Positions 23,061-32,235 of a DNA stretch of 46,596 bases are shown piece after piece; position 1 is the first letter of the stretch, and each line of letters opens with the position of its first letter. This DNA comes from Actinomycetes bacterium. Its GTDB lineage: Bacteria; Actinomycetota; Acidimicrobiia; Acidimicrobiales; JANYDT01. The stretch covers positions 1 to 46,596 of the forward strand of contig JANLQX010000376.1 of the NCBI GenBank assembly GCA_031368095.1, in the 5' to 3' direction. The notes below the pieces were generated by a model, which was not told the DNA's origin, searched no databases, and was given only the letters and a program-made list of their open reading frames with translations. The position numbers and the translations under genes were made by a program.

Positions 23061-23879
23061 TTTTACGGCTCAGCGGACTACGCCGGTGGCCGAGCCTCGC
23101 GAAAGGCTTCGAGCATCGCCGTCACTGCCACGTCGCAGTGGATCGGCTGGCTGTTCGTGCTTGTCGTGGTGATGTTCGTGGGCGGCAACGGCTGGACCAC
23201 GCGCTCGTTCGTCGTTGGCGCGATGGGCGGCGCGTGCGGAGCGATTGGACTCATGCTGCTCTACCGTGCCCTAAGCCTTGCCGCCATGAGCGTGGTGTCG
23301 CCCATCACTGCAGTGATGAGCGCCGTGGTCCCGGTGATTGCCGGAGTACTACTCGGCGAGGGGCTCACGCCTATCCATGGCATCGGCGTTGTCCTCGCAC
23401 TTGCCGCCATCGGCATGATCAGCCGCGGCGGCGACACCGACGGCGACGCGCAGGTTCATCATCGGCGGCCCACCCCCGCACTTCTGGCCACGTCACTCAT
23501 CGCCGGGGTGTTCTTCGGGTTGTTCGTGGTCGCCCTTGACCGAGCCGGCGACGACGTTGGCGTTTGGCCCCTCGTTGCCGCCAAACCCGTGGGCGTCCTG
23601 TTCGCCGTTGGCGCGGCGCTGGCCACGCGTCAGTCGCCGATCGTCGCCGCCCGTGCCCTGCCCCTCACACTCGCCGCCGGTCTCGCTGACATGACCGCCA
23701 ACGTGTTCGCCGCACTCTCTGCCCAGGCCGGGCAGGTGGCCATCGCCGGTGTCCTCATATCGCTATATCCGGCGAGCACCGTGGTGTTGTCCAGAGTCGT
23801 CGATCACGAGCCGCTCACCCGTGGACAGATCATTGGTTTTGCCGTTGGCGCCGGCGCACTCATCCTCATCGCTTCCTGA
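23025..23879 (+). CDS. EamA/DMT family transporter
   Basis: About 10 TM segments, YGSADYAGG, LYRAL...MSVVSPI, SLYP..TVVL, duplicated halves. Confidence 0.88.
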   Translation: MLTIVYGLTCALFYGSADYAGGRASRKASSIAVTATSQWIGWLFVLVVVMFVGGNGWTTRSFVVGAMGGACGAIGLMLLYRALSLAAMSVVSPITAVMSAVVPVIAGVLLGEGLTPIHGIGVVLALAAIGMISRGGDTDGDAQVHHRRPTPALLATSLIAGVFFGLFVVALDRAGDDVGVWPLVAAKPVGVLFAVGAALATRQSPIVAARALPLTLAAGLADMTANVFAALSAQAGQVAIAGVLISLYPASTVVLSRVVDHEPLTRGQIIGFAVGAGALILIAS

Positions 23880-23922
23880 ATTCCCAGATCGCAGATCAAG
23901 CCGCACGGTACTCTGCATCGCC

Positions 23923-24561
23923 ATGCCGCCACGTGACCACCTCGCGGAGTTCATGCTGACGGCGCTCGTCATCCTCGTGATTCCGGGCCCGAGCGTCTTG
24001 TTCGTGATCAGCCGCGGTGTTGCCTACGGTCGACGCACCGCATTGTTGACGGTCCTCGGCAACAGCACGGGCGCGCTCGTGCAAATGCTGCTGGTCGCTC
24101 TTGGCCTGGGCACCCTCGTGGAGCGGTCACTGGTGGCGTACAACGTCGTCAAGCTCGTGGGTGCCGGCTATCTGATCTTCCTTGGGGTGCAAGCGTTTCG
24201 TCATCGGCACTCCGTGGCCGAAGCCGCTCTTGCTGCATCGCCACCCAAGACAATCCGTCGAATTTTGCGGGAAGGATTTGTCGTCGGCATCACCAACCCG
24301 AAGATCATCGTGTTCGCCAGCGCTGCGCTCCCGCAGTTCGTCGACCGTTCTCGCGGCCACGTGCCGCTGCAGATGATCGTTCTCGCCCTGCTGTTTCAGG
24401 TCCTTGCCACCGCGTCAGACGGAACGTACGGACTGTTGGCGGGGACCGCTCGACAGTGGATCGCCCGCTCGCCCAAACGCCTGTCGATGCTCTCCGGTGG
24501 AGGGGGCATCGCCATCGTCGGCCTCGGGGTGAATCTCGCCGTCAGTCGCCGCCACGACTGA
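23923..24561 (+). CDS. LysE/RhtB family translocator
   Basis: IPGPSVLFVISRG...GRR, KLVGAGYLIFLG, GFVVGITNPK. Confidence 0.9.
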   Translation: MPPRDHLAEFMLTALVILVIPGPSVLFVISRGVAYGRRTALLTVLGNSTGALVQMLLVALGLGTLVERSLVAYNVVKLVGAGYLIFLGVQAFRHRHSVAEAALAASPPKTIRRILREGFVVGITNPKIIVFASAALPQFVDRSRGHVPLQMIVLALLFQVLATASDGTYGLLAGTARQWIARSPKRLSMLSGGGGIAIVGLGVNLAVSRRHD

Positions 24562-24574
24562 CCGTTCGCCAACG

Positions 24575-25408
24575 CTACAGATTGCCCGCCGGGGCGCTCG
24601 TGCTTCGTTCGAAGCCGTCCTTGGTCCATCGTCCGCCGTCGCGGCGAACCGTCCAATGCTCGAAGAGACCGGTGGAGGTGGTCTGCCAGACGTCGAGTTG
24701 CCCGTCACCGGCCGTCGCCCGTCCGCCCGGTAGACCAAGGTGCAAGACGACGCCCGGCGAGCCGTCACGAACCTCGACCACGTCAACGCCAAGCGCGCTG
24801 TCGGAACGGAATCCGAACACCAGTTCGGCCTGACCGTCGCCGGTGACGTCGGTGACGAGCGGGGCGCGCGAAGGCGTGGTCGACGTTTCCAGGACAACGT
24901 TCCACGTTCCCGGCTCATCGACTCCAGGATCGTTCTGCAGAACGGTCGCGCCGCCTTGGGCATCGATGACCCAAGCAATGTTCACCCCTCCGAGGGTGAA
25001 CCGGTCGCACGCGCTGGCCGCTCCCGATCTCGTGGCGATGCTGTCGCAGCCGACGCTGTCGTCCCACAAGGCCCGACCCGTTGCTCCGGAGAACGATGCA
25101 CCATCGGTCGTGAGCGGAAGCTCTTGGGGTGCAACGGTGGTCGGCGGAGCCTCGGTTGTTTCTGGTGCAGCAGTTGTCTCGACTGGCGCAATGGTGGTCT
25201 CGGCTATCGACGAATCAACGACGAGCGGCGTGGTGGTGTCGGCAACCGCCGTTGTCTCCACCGGAGGCGTGAGCTCGGTGACAGAGGCAGGAGCATCGAG
25301 TTGGCGCTGCCGGAAGGCATACGCCCCGCCGAACGACCCGGCGAAGAGCAGCGCCAAGAGGGACCCGAAAGCCAGCCGCGATCGAGCCGAGGCGCGTGAC
25401 GAGCTCAT
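24575..25408 (-). CDS. Membrane-anchored hypothetical protein with P/E/T-rich linker
   Basis: N-terminal TM, PETT repeats, Cys pair, FG-GAP-like DVTGDGQAELV; ATG 6 nt after TAACCT. Confidence 0.7.
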   Translation of the reverse strand: MSSSRASARSRLAFGSLLALLFAGSFGGAYAFRQRQLDAPASVTELTPPVETTAVADTTTPLVVDSSIAETTIAPVETTAAPETTEAPPTTVAPQELPLTTDGASFSGATGRALWDDSVGCDSIATRSGAASACDRFTLGGVNIAWVIDAQGGATVLQNDPGVDEPGTWNVVLETSTTPSRAPLVTDVTGDGQAELVFGFRSDSALGVDVVEVRDGSPGVVLHLGLPGGRATAGDGQLDVWQTTSTGLFEHWTVRRDGGRWTKDGFERSTSAPAGNL

Positions 25409-25495
25409 GCACGCAGGTTACGACAGCCAAACCGTCGGGTCGTGCCTTCCGGGGCTGGTCGGGACCTCGCAGAACGGGCCATTAGCGTGGTCCGA

Positions 25496-26161
25496 ATGCT
25501 CGATCAGCCATCGGGTCCGACAACGTCGCTCCACGTTCCCCGGACTCCTCCCAAGTGGCTTGGTCCGTTTCTGATCGCCATCGTCATCGGGCTCTACATT
25601 CTCGGATTCGTCGCCGGAGGCGCCGCCCCGGAACTCCTCAAGAACCACCCGCTCTCGCTCCTTGCCCTGGCGCCGCGCTACCGGTGGTTCATCCTGACGG
25701 CTCCTCGGATCGACCTGGCTCCCTACTTTGCCGTGGGAATCACGCGACTGCTCGTGTCTGACCCGGTGTACTTCGCCCTCGGCTGGTTCTTCGGGGACAA
25801 GGCGATCTCGTTCTTCGAAGACAGTCTCGGCAAGCCAACGATCGACAAGACCCGCGAGCTTTTCCTTAAAGCCTCAACGGTGATGGCACTGTTCTTCGCC
25901 GGCCCCATCATCTGCGTGTTGGCGGGTGCCGCTGGCATGAGGCCGCGGAAGTTCTTCACCCTCAACGTGATCGGTACGACGCTGCTAGTCATTGGCCTTC
26001 GCGCCTTCTCGTCGCAGCTCGACGGGGTCGTCAAACCAATTCTTCGATTCAACGACAAGTACTCGCGCTACATCTTGATCGGCACCATTGCCCTAAGCGC
26101 GCTTTACATCAGTCGCGCCGTCCGCAAACAGGTGGGCGCCGCTCGGAGGTTCCGCAAATAG
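25496..26161 (+). CDS. DedA/VTT-like membrane protein
   Basis: Hydrophobic; SDPVYFALGWFFG and CVLAGAAGMRPRKFFTLNVIG resemble VTT/DedA; ATG 7 nt after TAGCGT. Confidence 0.65.
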   Translation: MLDQPSGPTTSLHVPRTPPKWLGPFLIAIVIGLYILGFVAGGAAPELLKNHPLSLLALAPRYRWFILTAPRIDLAPYFAVGITRLLVSDPVYFALGWFFGDKAISFFEDSLGKPTIDKTRELFLKASTVMALFFAGPIICVLAGAAGMRPRKFFTLNVIGTTLLVIGLRAFSSQLDGVVKPILRFNDKYSRYILIGTIALSALYISRAVRKQVGAARRFRK

Positions 26162-26183
26162 TCCCGATTGATTGGGCGCGGCG

Positions 26184-26966
26184 TCAGAGGAGGGCGTCGA
26201 GACCTTCCGTTAGCCCGGGGTGCTCGGAAATCCGTTTCACGGCAAGCGCCACGCCGGGCATGAAGCTCGTGCGATCCGTGGTGTCATGGCGGATGACCAG
26301 AGATTGCCCGGTCGTGCCGAGAATGACCTCCTGATGGGCGACCATGCCGCGCATCCGCACCGCATGCACGCGAATGCCCGACGGACCGAGCCCGCCACGC
26401 GCTCCGTCGAGGAGCATCTTCTGCGTCGGATCGGGTGCCCACTCGGCCTTGGCGGCGGCCATGCGAGCCACCGTGGCCATCGCCGTGCCCGACGGTGCAT
26501 CAATCTTGGCGTCGTGGTGGAATTCGATGATCTCGGCCGTCTCGAAGTACGGCGCCGCCATCTCGGCAAAGCGCATCATCAGGACGGCACCGATGGCGAA
26601 GTTCGGCGCAATCACACAATTGCTCCGCACGAACGCGCCGCGAAGCTCATCAAGATCAGATGCTGAGAAGCCGGTGGTTCCAACGACCGCGTGAACGCCG
26701 TTCGCTGCGCACCATCGAAGGTTCTCCATCGCTGCGCCGTGATGGGTGAAGTCGACCGCCACTTCAGCCCCACTCTCGGCCAACGCTTCGGGCCCCGCCG
26801 CCAGCTGCAGCGAAACTCCATCTATGCCTGTCACCTGACGAAGGTCGATGCCGACCTTGAACGGATCAATCGCCGCCACGAGCTCGAGGCCCGCGTCGTC
26901 GACCACGGTCCGACATACCTCGGCGCCCATCCGTCCACCAGCTCCAAAGACTCCAACCTTGATCAT
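26184..26966 (-). CDS. dapB: 4-hydroxy-tetrahydrodipicolinate reductase
   Basis: GAGGRMG, VDFT, VGTTG, APNFAIG, EFHHDAKIDAPSGTA, HQEV, SFMPGV. Confidence 0.97.
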   Translation of the reverse strand: MIKVGVFGAGGRMGAEVCRTVVDDAGLELVAAIDPFKVGIDLRQVTGIDGVSLQLAAGPEALAESGAEVAVDFTHHGAAMENLRWCAANGVHAVVGTTGFSASDLDELRGAFVRSNCVIAPNFAIGAVLMMRFAEMAAPYFETAEIIEFHHDAKIDAPSGTAMATVARMAAAKAEWAPDPTQKMLLDGARGGLGPSGIRVHAVRMRGMVAHQEVILGTTGQSLVIRHDTTDRTSFMPGVALAVKRISEHPGLTEGLDALL

Positions 26967-27078
26967 GGCGAGCAGTCTTGTCGACGGGAACCAACGCGAC
27001 CTCGGTACCGACGCGAAGCGCCCGACACGGCGACAAACTCCACCGGCGCTCGGCGGAGCCGCAAGTACGATCACGCCT

Positions 27079-28842
27079 ATGGACGGTTCACCCTGGCGAA
27101 TGCTCGCGTCCCTACTTCGCCCACAATGGCGGTTGGTGGCCGCCTTCGCCGCGGTGTTGAGTGTGGCAACGGCGATTCCCCTCGGCGCGTCGATCCTGCT
27201 GGCCCGATTTGTCCGACTGGCGATCGAGCGGGCTGCTCCGTCACGACTCGTGCCGGTCGCCGCGGCCTACGCCGGGCTCGGACTGCTGTCGGCCGGCCTT
27301 ACCGTCGCGGTGACATGGAGGGCCACGGTTGCTGCGTGGGGTATCACGAACGGCCTACGGCACGACCTCGCCGACTACGTGCTGCGAGCCGATCTTGGAT
27401 TTCATCGCGACCGCACGCCCGGCGAGCTCGTTACTCGCGTCGACGCCGACATCACGTCGATGACGCAGTTCCTCTCGACGGTCGTGGCCCAGCTCATCGC
27501 CATCGCCGTTCTAGCTCTGGGTGCAGTCGCGGTCGCCCTTGTGATCGAGCCCGTGCTGGCCCCGGCCCTTGCCGTCGCCTGCGCCGTGGTTGGCTTCGTG
27601 ACGTATCGCCTTCGTGATCGTTCGGTGGCGCAGACGATTGTTGAGCGAGCGGCTGAAGCCGACGTGATGAGTGCCGCCGAGCAGTACCTCGCTGGCGCCG
27701 ACGACGTTGCCTCGCTCGGAGCCGGCCGACACGGGGTGGCTCGCGTCGGCGAACGATCGGCGGTGTTTGTGGCCGCCGCCCGCGACCGGGTGCGGGAGCA
27801 GATGACCATGCAGGGCACGGTGCGCGTCACGGTGGCGGCGGCCGAGGTTGCGATGATCGCCTACGGCTCCGTCGCCGCGGCACGCGGCTCCCTGGATGTT
27901 GCCGGAGTCGTGCTCGGGTACCGGTTGGTGTCCTCCGTGTCCAGCAAGGTCGATCACCTCACGTGGAGGATGCAGGACGCTCAGGGAGCATCAGGCGCCG
28001 CCCACCGGGTCATGGAACTCGTGGCCGAGCAGCGCATCGTCGCATCGGGGCAGACCCGCGTGCCCGAGGGGCCCTTGGCGGTGCGATTCGACAACGTCGA
28101 ACTCGTTTACGACGATGAAGCAGGAACCCACGCCGCCGTGAAATGCCTGGATCTTGTGTTGCCGGCGGGGCGGCTGCTGGGCGTGATCGGTCGAACCGGA
28201 TCCGGCAAGACGTCATTGGCGCGCTTGTTGTTGCGGCTCGTTGCCCCTACCGGGGGGCGAATCCTCTTGAACGACGTCGATCTGGCCGAGGTCGACGACG
28301 ACACACTGCGCCACCGAGTCACGGCGGTGCCCCAAGACGTGCAGCTCTTCCCGGGAACCGTCGAACAGAACGTGACGCTGTTCGCTACTCACACGCGCGC
28401 TGAAGTTATTGCCGCTCTTGGAGCAGTCGGCCTCGACGACTGGTTGAACACTCTTCCTGACGGACTCGAGACCCGGCTCGCATCGGACAATCGCGACGAC
28501 AGCGGCACGCGCGTCGGACTGTCCGCGGGGCAGGCGCAGCTCCTGGCGTTGTCTCGCGCCCTACTCCGCAACCCCGCCGTGGTGGTGCTCGACGAAGCAA
28601 CATCGCGCGTCGATCCAACGACTCAGAACGCTATCGCCCACGCCATGCGTCGCCTGGTCGCCGGGCGTACCGCATTGGTGATCGCCCACCGGTTGGAAAC
28701 ACTCGACGTCTGCGACGACATTGCCGTACTCGCCGATGGGGTACTGGTCGAGCACGGCCCGCGCCGAGCGCTCGCCGCAGACCCGACGAGTCACTACGCG
28801 CGCTTACTGGCTGCGGGCAGCGACGCCGAGGAGCTGACGTGA
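27079..28842 (+). CDS. ABC exporter TMD-NBD subunit 1
   Basis: TM domain, GRTGSGKT, LSAGQ, VVLDEATS, IAHR; ATG 7 nt after TACGAT. Confidence 0.9.
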   Translation: MDGSPWRMLASLLRPQWRLVAAFAAVLSVATAIPLGASILLARFVRLAIERAAPSRLVPVAAAYAGLGLLSAGLTVAVTWRATVAAWGITNGLRHDLADYVLRADLGFHRDRTPGELVTRVDADITSMTQFLSTVVAQLIAIAVLALGAVAVALVIEPVLAPALAVACAVVGFVTYRLRDRSVAQTIVERAAEADVMSAAEQYLAGADDVASLGAGRHGVARVGERSAVFVAAARDRVREQMTMQGTVRVTVAAAEVAMIAYGSVAAARGSLDVAGVVLGYRLVSSVSSKVDHLTWRMQDAQGASGAAHRVMELVAEQRIVASGQTRVPEGPLAVRFDNVELVYDDEAGTHAAVKCLDLVLPAGRLLGVIGRTGSGKTSLARLLLRLVAPTGGRILLNDVDLAEVDDDTLRHRVTAVPQDVQLFPGTVEQNVTLFATHTRAEVIAALGAVGLDDWLNTLPDGLETRLASDNRDDSGTRVGLSAGQAQLLALSRALLRNPAVVVLDEATSRVDPTTQNAIAHAMRRLVAGRTALVIAHRLETLDVCDDIAVLADGVLVEHGPRRALAADPTSHYARLLAAGSDAEELT

Positions 28843-30515
28843 CCTCCCCGGAGCGGCGTGTCGCCCGCCTGGCCAGTTATCGCGCTCGTTGGTATTGGGG
28901 CGGGGCCTTCGGCTGGACGCTCTGGTTCGTCACTCCGCTCGGCCCCGGTTGGTTGACCGGCCGCGTTTTTGACGAGCTACAGAAGCACGGCGACTCTCGA
29001 CGCTTCTGGACCCTGCTGGCCGGCTTGATGGCAACCCACATCGGATCAGCACTGCTGATTTTCGTTGCTCACCGAACCTACGTTCAGGGCCTCGAAGCGG
29101 CCAAGGCCCTCACGCGCGTCAACGTCATCAATGCCCAGCTGGCCAGTGGTGGGGCCGAATCGGCACCACGAACCGTTCCCGTCGGCGATGTTCTGTCGCG
29201 GCTACGCGACGATCCCTTCGACGTCCTCTTCCTCCTCGACAATTGGGTCGATCTCCTCGGAGCATCACTGTTCGGAGTCGGCGCCATCGTGCTGCTCTGT
29301 CGGATCGATCCGTTGGCGACCGCGGCCGGCGTGATCCCGATGATCGCTCTCGGATTCGGCAATCGGCTGATCGGGAATCTCGCCCGCCGGAATCGACAGA
29401 CGTCGCGGGACTCATCAAGTGCCGTGGGCGACTTCTTGAACGCCGCCTTCGAAGCCTCTCTCACCGTCAAGGTCGGCGGGGCTCGACGCGATGTGCTGCG
29501 CCGTCTCGACACACTCAACACCGCACGGGCACACGCGGCGGTCCGCGACAACATCTGGAACGATCTCGTGTGGACGGTGAACTCGGCGGCCGCCGACATC
29601 TTTGTGGGGGTGGCCCTCGTGGTGGCATCGAGGCGCAACCTCAGCGCCGGCGACGTCACTCTGTTCGCGAGCTACTTGATCGGCATGGTGTGGTTGCCGA
29701 TGCGACTCGGCGGGATCGTCGTCGGTCGACGGCGCTACCAAGTATCGGCCGATCGGCTCGACGCCCTGATTGCACCTGCCTCGAACGGCACCGACCGACT
29801 CATCGAGCACCGGGTGCTGCCCATCCTGGGCGGTGCCCCGGCAGCTGCCCCCGTGCGGGCGCCGCGAGTCCCTCTCGACCGTCTCGCAGTAGCAAATCTC
29901 ACCATCGCTTCACGGGGGATCAGCAACCTCAGTTTCACTGTTGAGCGCGGCTCGCTCACCGTCATCAGCGGTCCCGTTGGATCCGGGAAGACCTCGGTAC
30001 TTCGTGCGCTTATCGGTCTCTTGGACATCGACGCTGGCTCGGTCTTCTGGAACGGCGTCGCCGTCGTTGACCGCGCCGCGTTCTTCATTCCGCCACAGTG
30101 CGCCTACGTACCGCAAGTGCCGCGGCTCTTTGCCGAGTCGCTGCGTGACAATCTCCGCTTAGGTCATTGCATTGACGACCACGAACTTCACGAAGCCGTC
30201 ACGCTGGCCGCCTTCGACAAGGACCTCATTGACCTTCCCGAAGGCCTCGACACCGCCGTCGGTGCACGCGGGGTGCGTCTCTCCGGAGGACAGGCCCAGC
30301 GAGCCGCCGCCGCCCGCGCGCTCTCCCACCGACCCGAGCTGCTCGTCCTCGACGATCTCACCTCGGCCCTGGACGTGGAGACGGAACTCGAACTGTGGAC
30401 CCGTCTCGCCCACGCGGGCTACACCGTGCTGGCGGCATCAAACCGTCCTGTCGCGTTGGCTCGTGCCACCAACATCATCGAGCTGGCTACCTCGGTCTCT
30501 GGTCGGGTCGCGTAG
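28839..30515 (+). CDS. ABC exporter TMD-NBD subunit 2 (degenerate Walker B/H-loop)
   Basis: GPVGSGKT, LSGGQ, LVLDDLTS, AASNR; GTGA overlap with subunit 1. Confidence 0.9.
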   Translation: MTSPERRVARLASYRARWYWGGAFGWTLWFVTPLGPGWLTGRVFDELQKHGDSRRFWTLLAGLMATHIGSALLIFVAHRTYVQGLEAAKALTRVNVINAQLASGGAESAPRTVPVGDVLSRLRDDPFDVLFLLDNWVDLLGASLFGVGAIVLLCRIDPLATAAGVIPMIALGFGNRLIGNLARRNRQTSRDSSSAVGDFLNAAFEASLTVKVGGARRDVLRRLDTLNTARAHAAVRDNIWNDLVWTVNSAAADIFVGVALVVASRRNLSAGDVTLFASYLIGMVWLPMRLGGIVVGRRRYQVSADRLDALIAPASNGTDRLIEHRVLPILGGAPAAAPVRAPRVPLDRLAVANLTIASRGISNLSFTVERGSLTVISGPVGSGKTSVLRALIGLLDIDAGSVFWNGVAVVDRAAFFIPPQCAYVPQVPRLFAESLRDNLRLGHCIDDHELHEAVTLAAFDKDLIDLPEGLDTAVGARGVRLSGGQAQRAAAARALSHRPELLVLDDLTSALDVETELELWTRLAHAGYTVLAASNRPVALARATNIIELATSVSGRVA

Positions 30516-30525
30516 GTTTTCGAAC

Positions 30526-30988
30526 ATGAACGGGCGCATTGCTCTGGCACCGCCCGCGTCGGCGATGGCCGACGATCAATTCCCGGCCTACCTCGCCGCC
30601 TGCGAGTCCCTTGGGTTCGACACCATTTGGCTGTCAGACATTCCGCTCGGTCCTTTCGGAGACCCGCTGCTCAGCCTCGCACAACTCGACCGCCCGTCAA
30701 ACGGACGATTGCTGCTCTCGCTGGTTCCCGGACTCGGCCAGCCGGCGGAACGACGCGCGCTTGGCTACGACACGGGCGACTCCAGTCGAAGCGTTACGCA
30801 AACGATGCGCCGATCGAGATGTTCCGGGCATTCTTCCGGTCGGCCATAATTGTCTCTTCGAACTACTACGTGCTCATATTGATGGCGGGCTGACGAAGTT
30901 CGTCCTCCGTTCTACTTCTGCGGCTGGCGGCGACTGGCGCGATGAGCTGCGATGGCTGGCGGATTCGGTGCTGTCGCTCCAAACCTGA
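30526..30988 (+). pseudogene. LLM-class flavin-dependent oxidoreductase remnant
   Basis: ESLGFDTIWLSD...DPLLSLA joined directly to QLDRPSNGRLLL; C-terminal piece (HIDGGLTKFVLR...WLADSVL) in another frame; about 460 bp in total. Confidence 0.75.
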
Positions 30989-31084
30989 ATCGACCCTCGG
31001 CGTCACGCATTTGGCGGATGCCACCCTCGGCCGTCACGCCGGAATCAATCGGTCAATCTTGGCGTGACGTTCACGGCGCGGAGG

Positions 31085-31110
31085 TGGACTACGGTCTGAC
31101 CATCAGTCCA
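31085..31110. promoter_or_regulatory. FadR/GntR-type operator upstream of the gntR gene
   Basis: TGGACT-ac-GGTCTGACC-atc-AGTCCA; 31093-31110 is the exact reverse complement of 42542-42559. Confidence 0.75.
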
Positions 31111-31125
31111 AGTTGAGGAGAAGTC

Positions 31126-31830
31126 GTGAACGTCGCCAGTTTCGATCCGGTGACGCGCCGAACGGTCTCGTCGGAGATTCGCCAGCGCCTCGCCGACGCC
31201 ATCCACTCCGGCCAACTGGCGCCGGGCATGCCGCTCCCGGCCGAGCGGGTGCTTTGCCAGGAATTTGGCGTGGCCCGAACGTCGGTGCGCGAGGCCATTC
31301 AAGGGCTCGTATCGGCCGGCTACCTCGAGCGTCGTGGGAATCGTTCCGTCGTGGCCGAGCAGCTCCCGGAGATGAATTTCGCCGGTGACGATCGCAAGGC
31401 ACTGGTGACCCAGCTGTTCGAGGTTCGCCAAGTGATCGAACCGGCGATCGTGGAGTTCGCCAGCCGTCGAGCGACCGACGCCGATCGGGCGCTGCTCGTC
31501 GAGGTCGCCTCGCGTGTCACGACCGACCTCGTGGAGTTTCGCGAGATCGATCGGTATTTCCATGCCACGTTGGCGCGAGCGTGCGGCAACCCGCTCCTCA
31601 ACGAGGTCCACGCCAAGGCCTTGGCGTCGCTCTTCGGTTCGGGCGAGTTCGCCTCGCTCCTCTACGCCGAAGTGAACCGATCCGAGGTTCAGGAAATCAT
31701 TTTGTCGTCAACGCAAGCTCATCAGGCAATCGCCGATGCTGTTTCTCGGGGCCATGCGCGCAAGGCCGTGGCCGCCGTGGTGGCCCATCTCGACGACGTC
31801 GAGCGTCGCATGGTCGAAAGGTTGCTATGA
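31126..31830 (+). CDS. GntR family regulator, FadR subfamily (FCD domain)
   Basis: LPAERVLCQEFGVARTSVREAIQGL; DRYFHATLARACGNPLL...HQAIADA...HL; GAGGAG RBS. Confidence 0.93.
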   Translation: MNVASFDPVTRRTVSSEIRQRLADAIHSGQLAPGMPLPAERVLCQEFGVARTSVREAIQGLVSAGYLERRGNRSVVAEQLPEMNFAGDDRKALVTQLFEVRQVIEPAIVEFASRRATDADRALLVEVASRVTTDLVEFREIDRYFHATLARACGNPLLNEVHAKALASLFGSGEFASLLYAEVNRSEVQEIILSSTQAHQAIADAVSRGHARKAVAAVVAHLDDVERRMVERLL

Positions 31831-32231
31831 ACCCTGCGCCGATCGCCGATCCTCGCTACGTGTACTTCTTCGACGAATCGAAGTTCGAAGAGACCGACCG
31901 GCCTGGCTTTCGCCGACGCATCATCGTTGGCGAGCACCTCGAGCTGTGGTTCTGGCGGATCACGGGTGGTGGCGAAGGTTCGATCCTTCACCGCCACGAG
32001 GCCAACGAACAGCTCGGCATCATCATGCGGGGCACCCTTGATTTCCGGATCGGTGACGACGCCGACCACACTCGCAAGGTCCTCGGGCCGGGAGATGTGT
32101 ACCTCGCTCCGCCGTCGATCTGGCACGGTCAAAGCGTGTTCGTCGGTGACGACGAGTTCAACGAGGTATGGATCCTCGACGTGTTCGCGCCGCCGCGATC
32201 ATCACCGCGTCCTCTGAACATGGAGGCGTGA
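31827..32231 (+). CDS. Cupin domain protein
   Basis: HRHEANEQLG...GPGDVYLAPPSIWHG...DVFAPPR; ATGA overlap with gntR. Confidence 0.85.
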   Translation: MNPAPIADPRYVYFFDESKFEETDRPGFRRRIIVGEHLELWFWRITGGGEGSILHRHEANEQLGIIMRGTLDFRIGDDADHTRKVLGPGDVYLAPPSIWHGQSVFVGDDEFNEVWILDVFAPPRSSPRPLNMEA

Positions 32232-32235
32232 GCAC

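Noticed and set aside
27079-30515. Degenerate catalytic motifs in the ABC pair
   Set aside because: One consensus and one degenerate site is the normal pattern for heterodimeric exporters.
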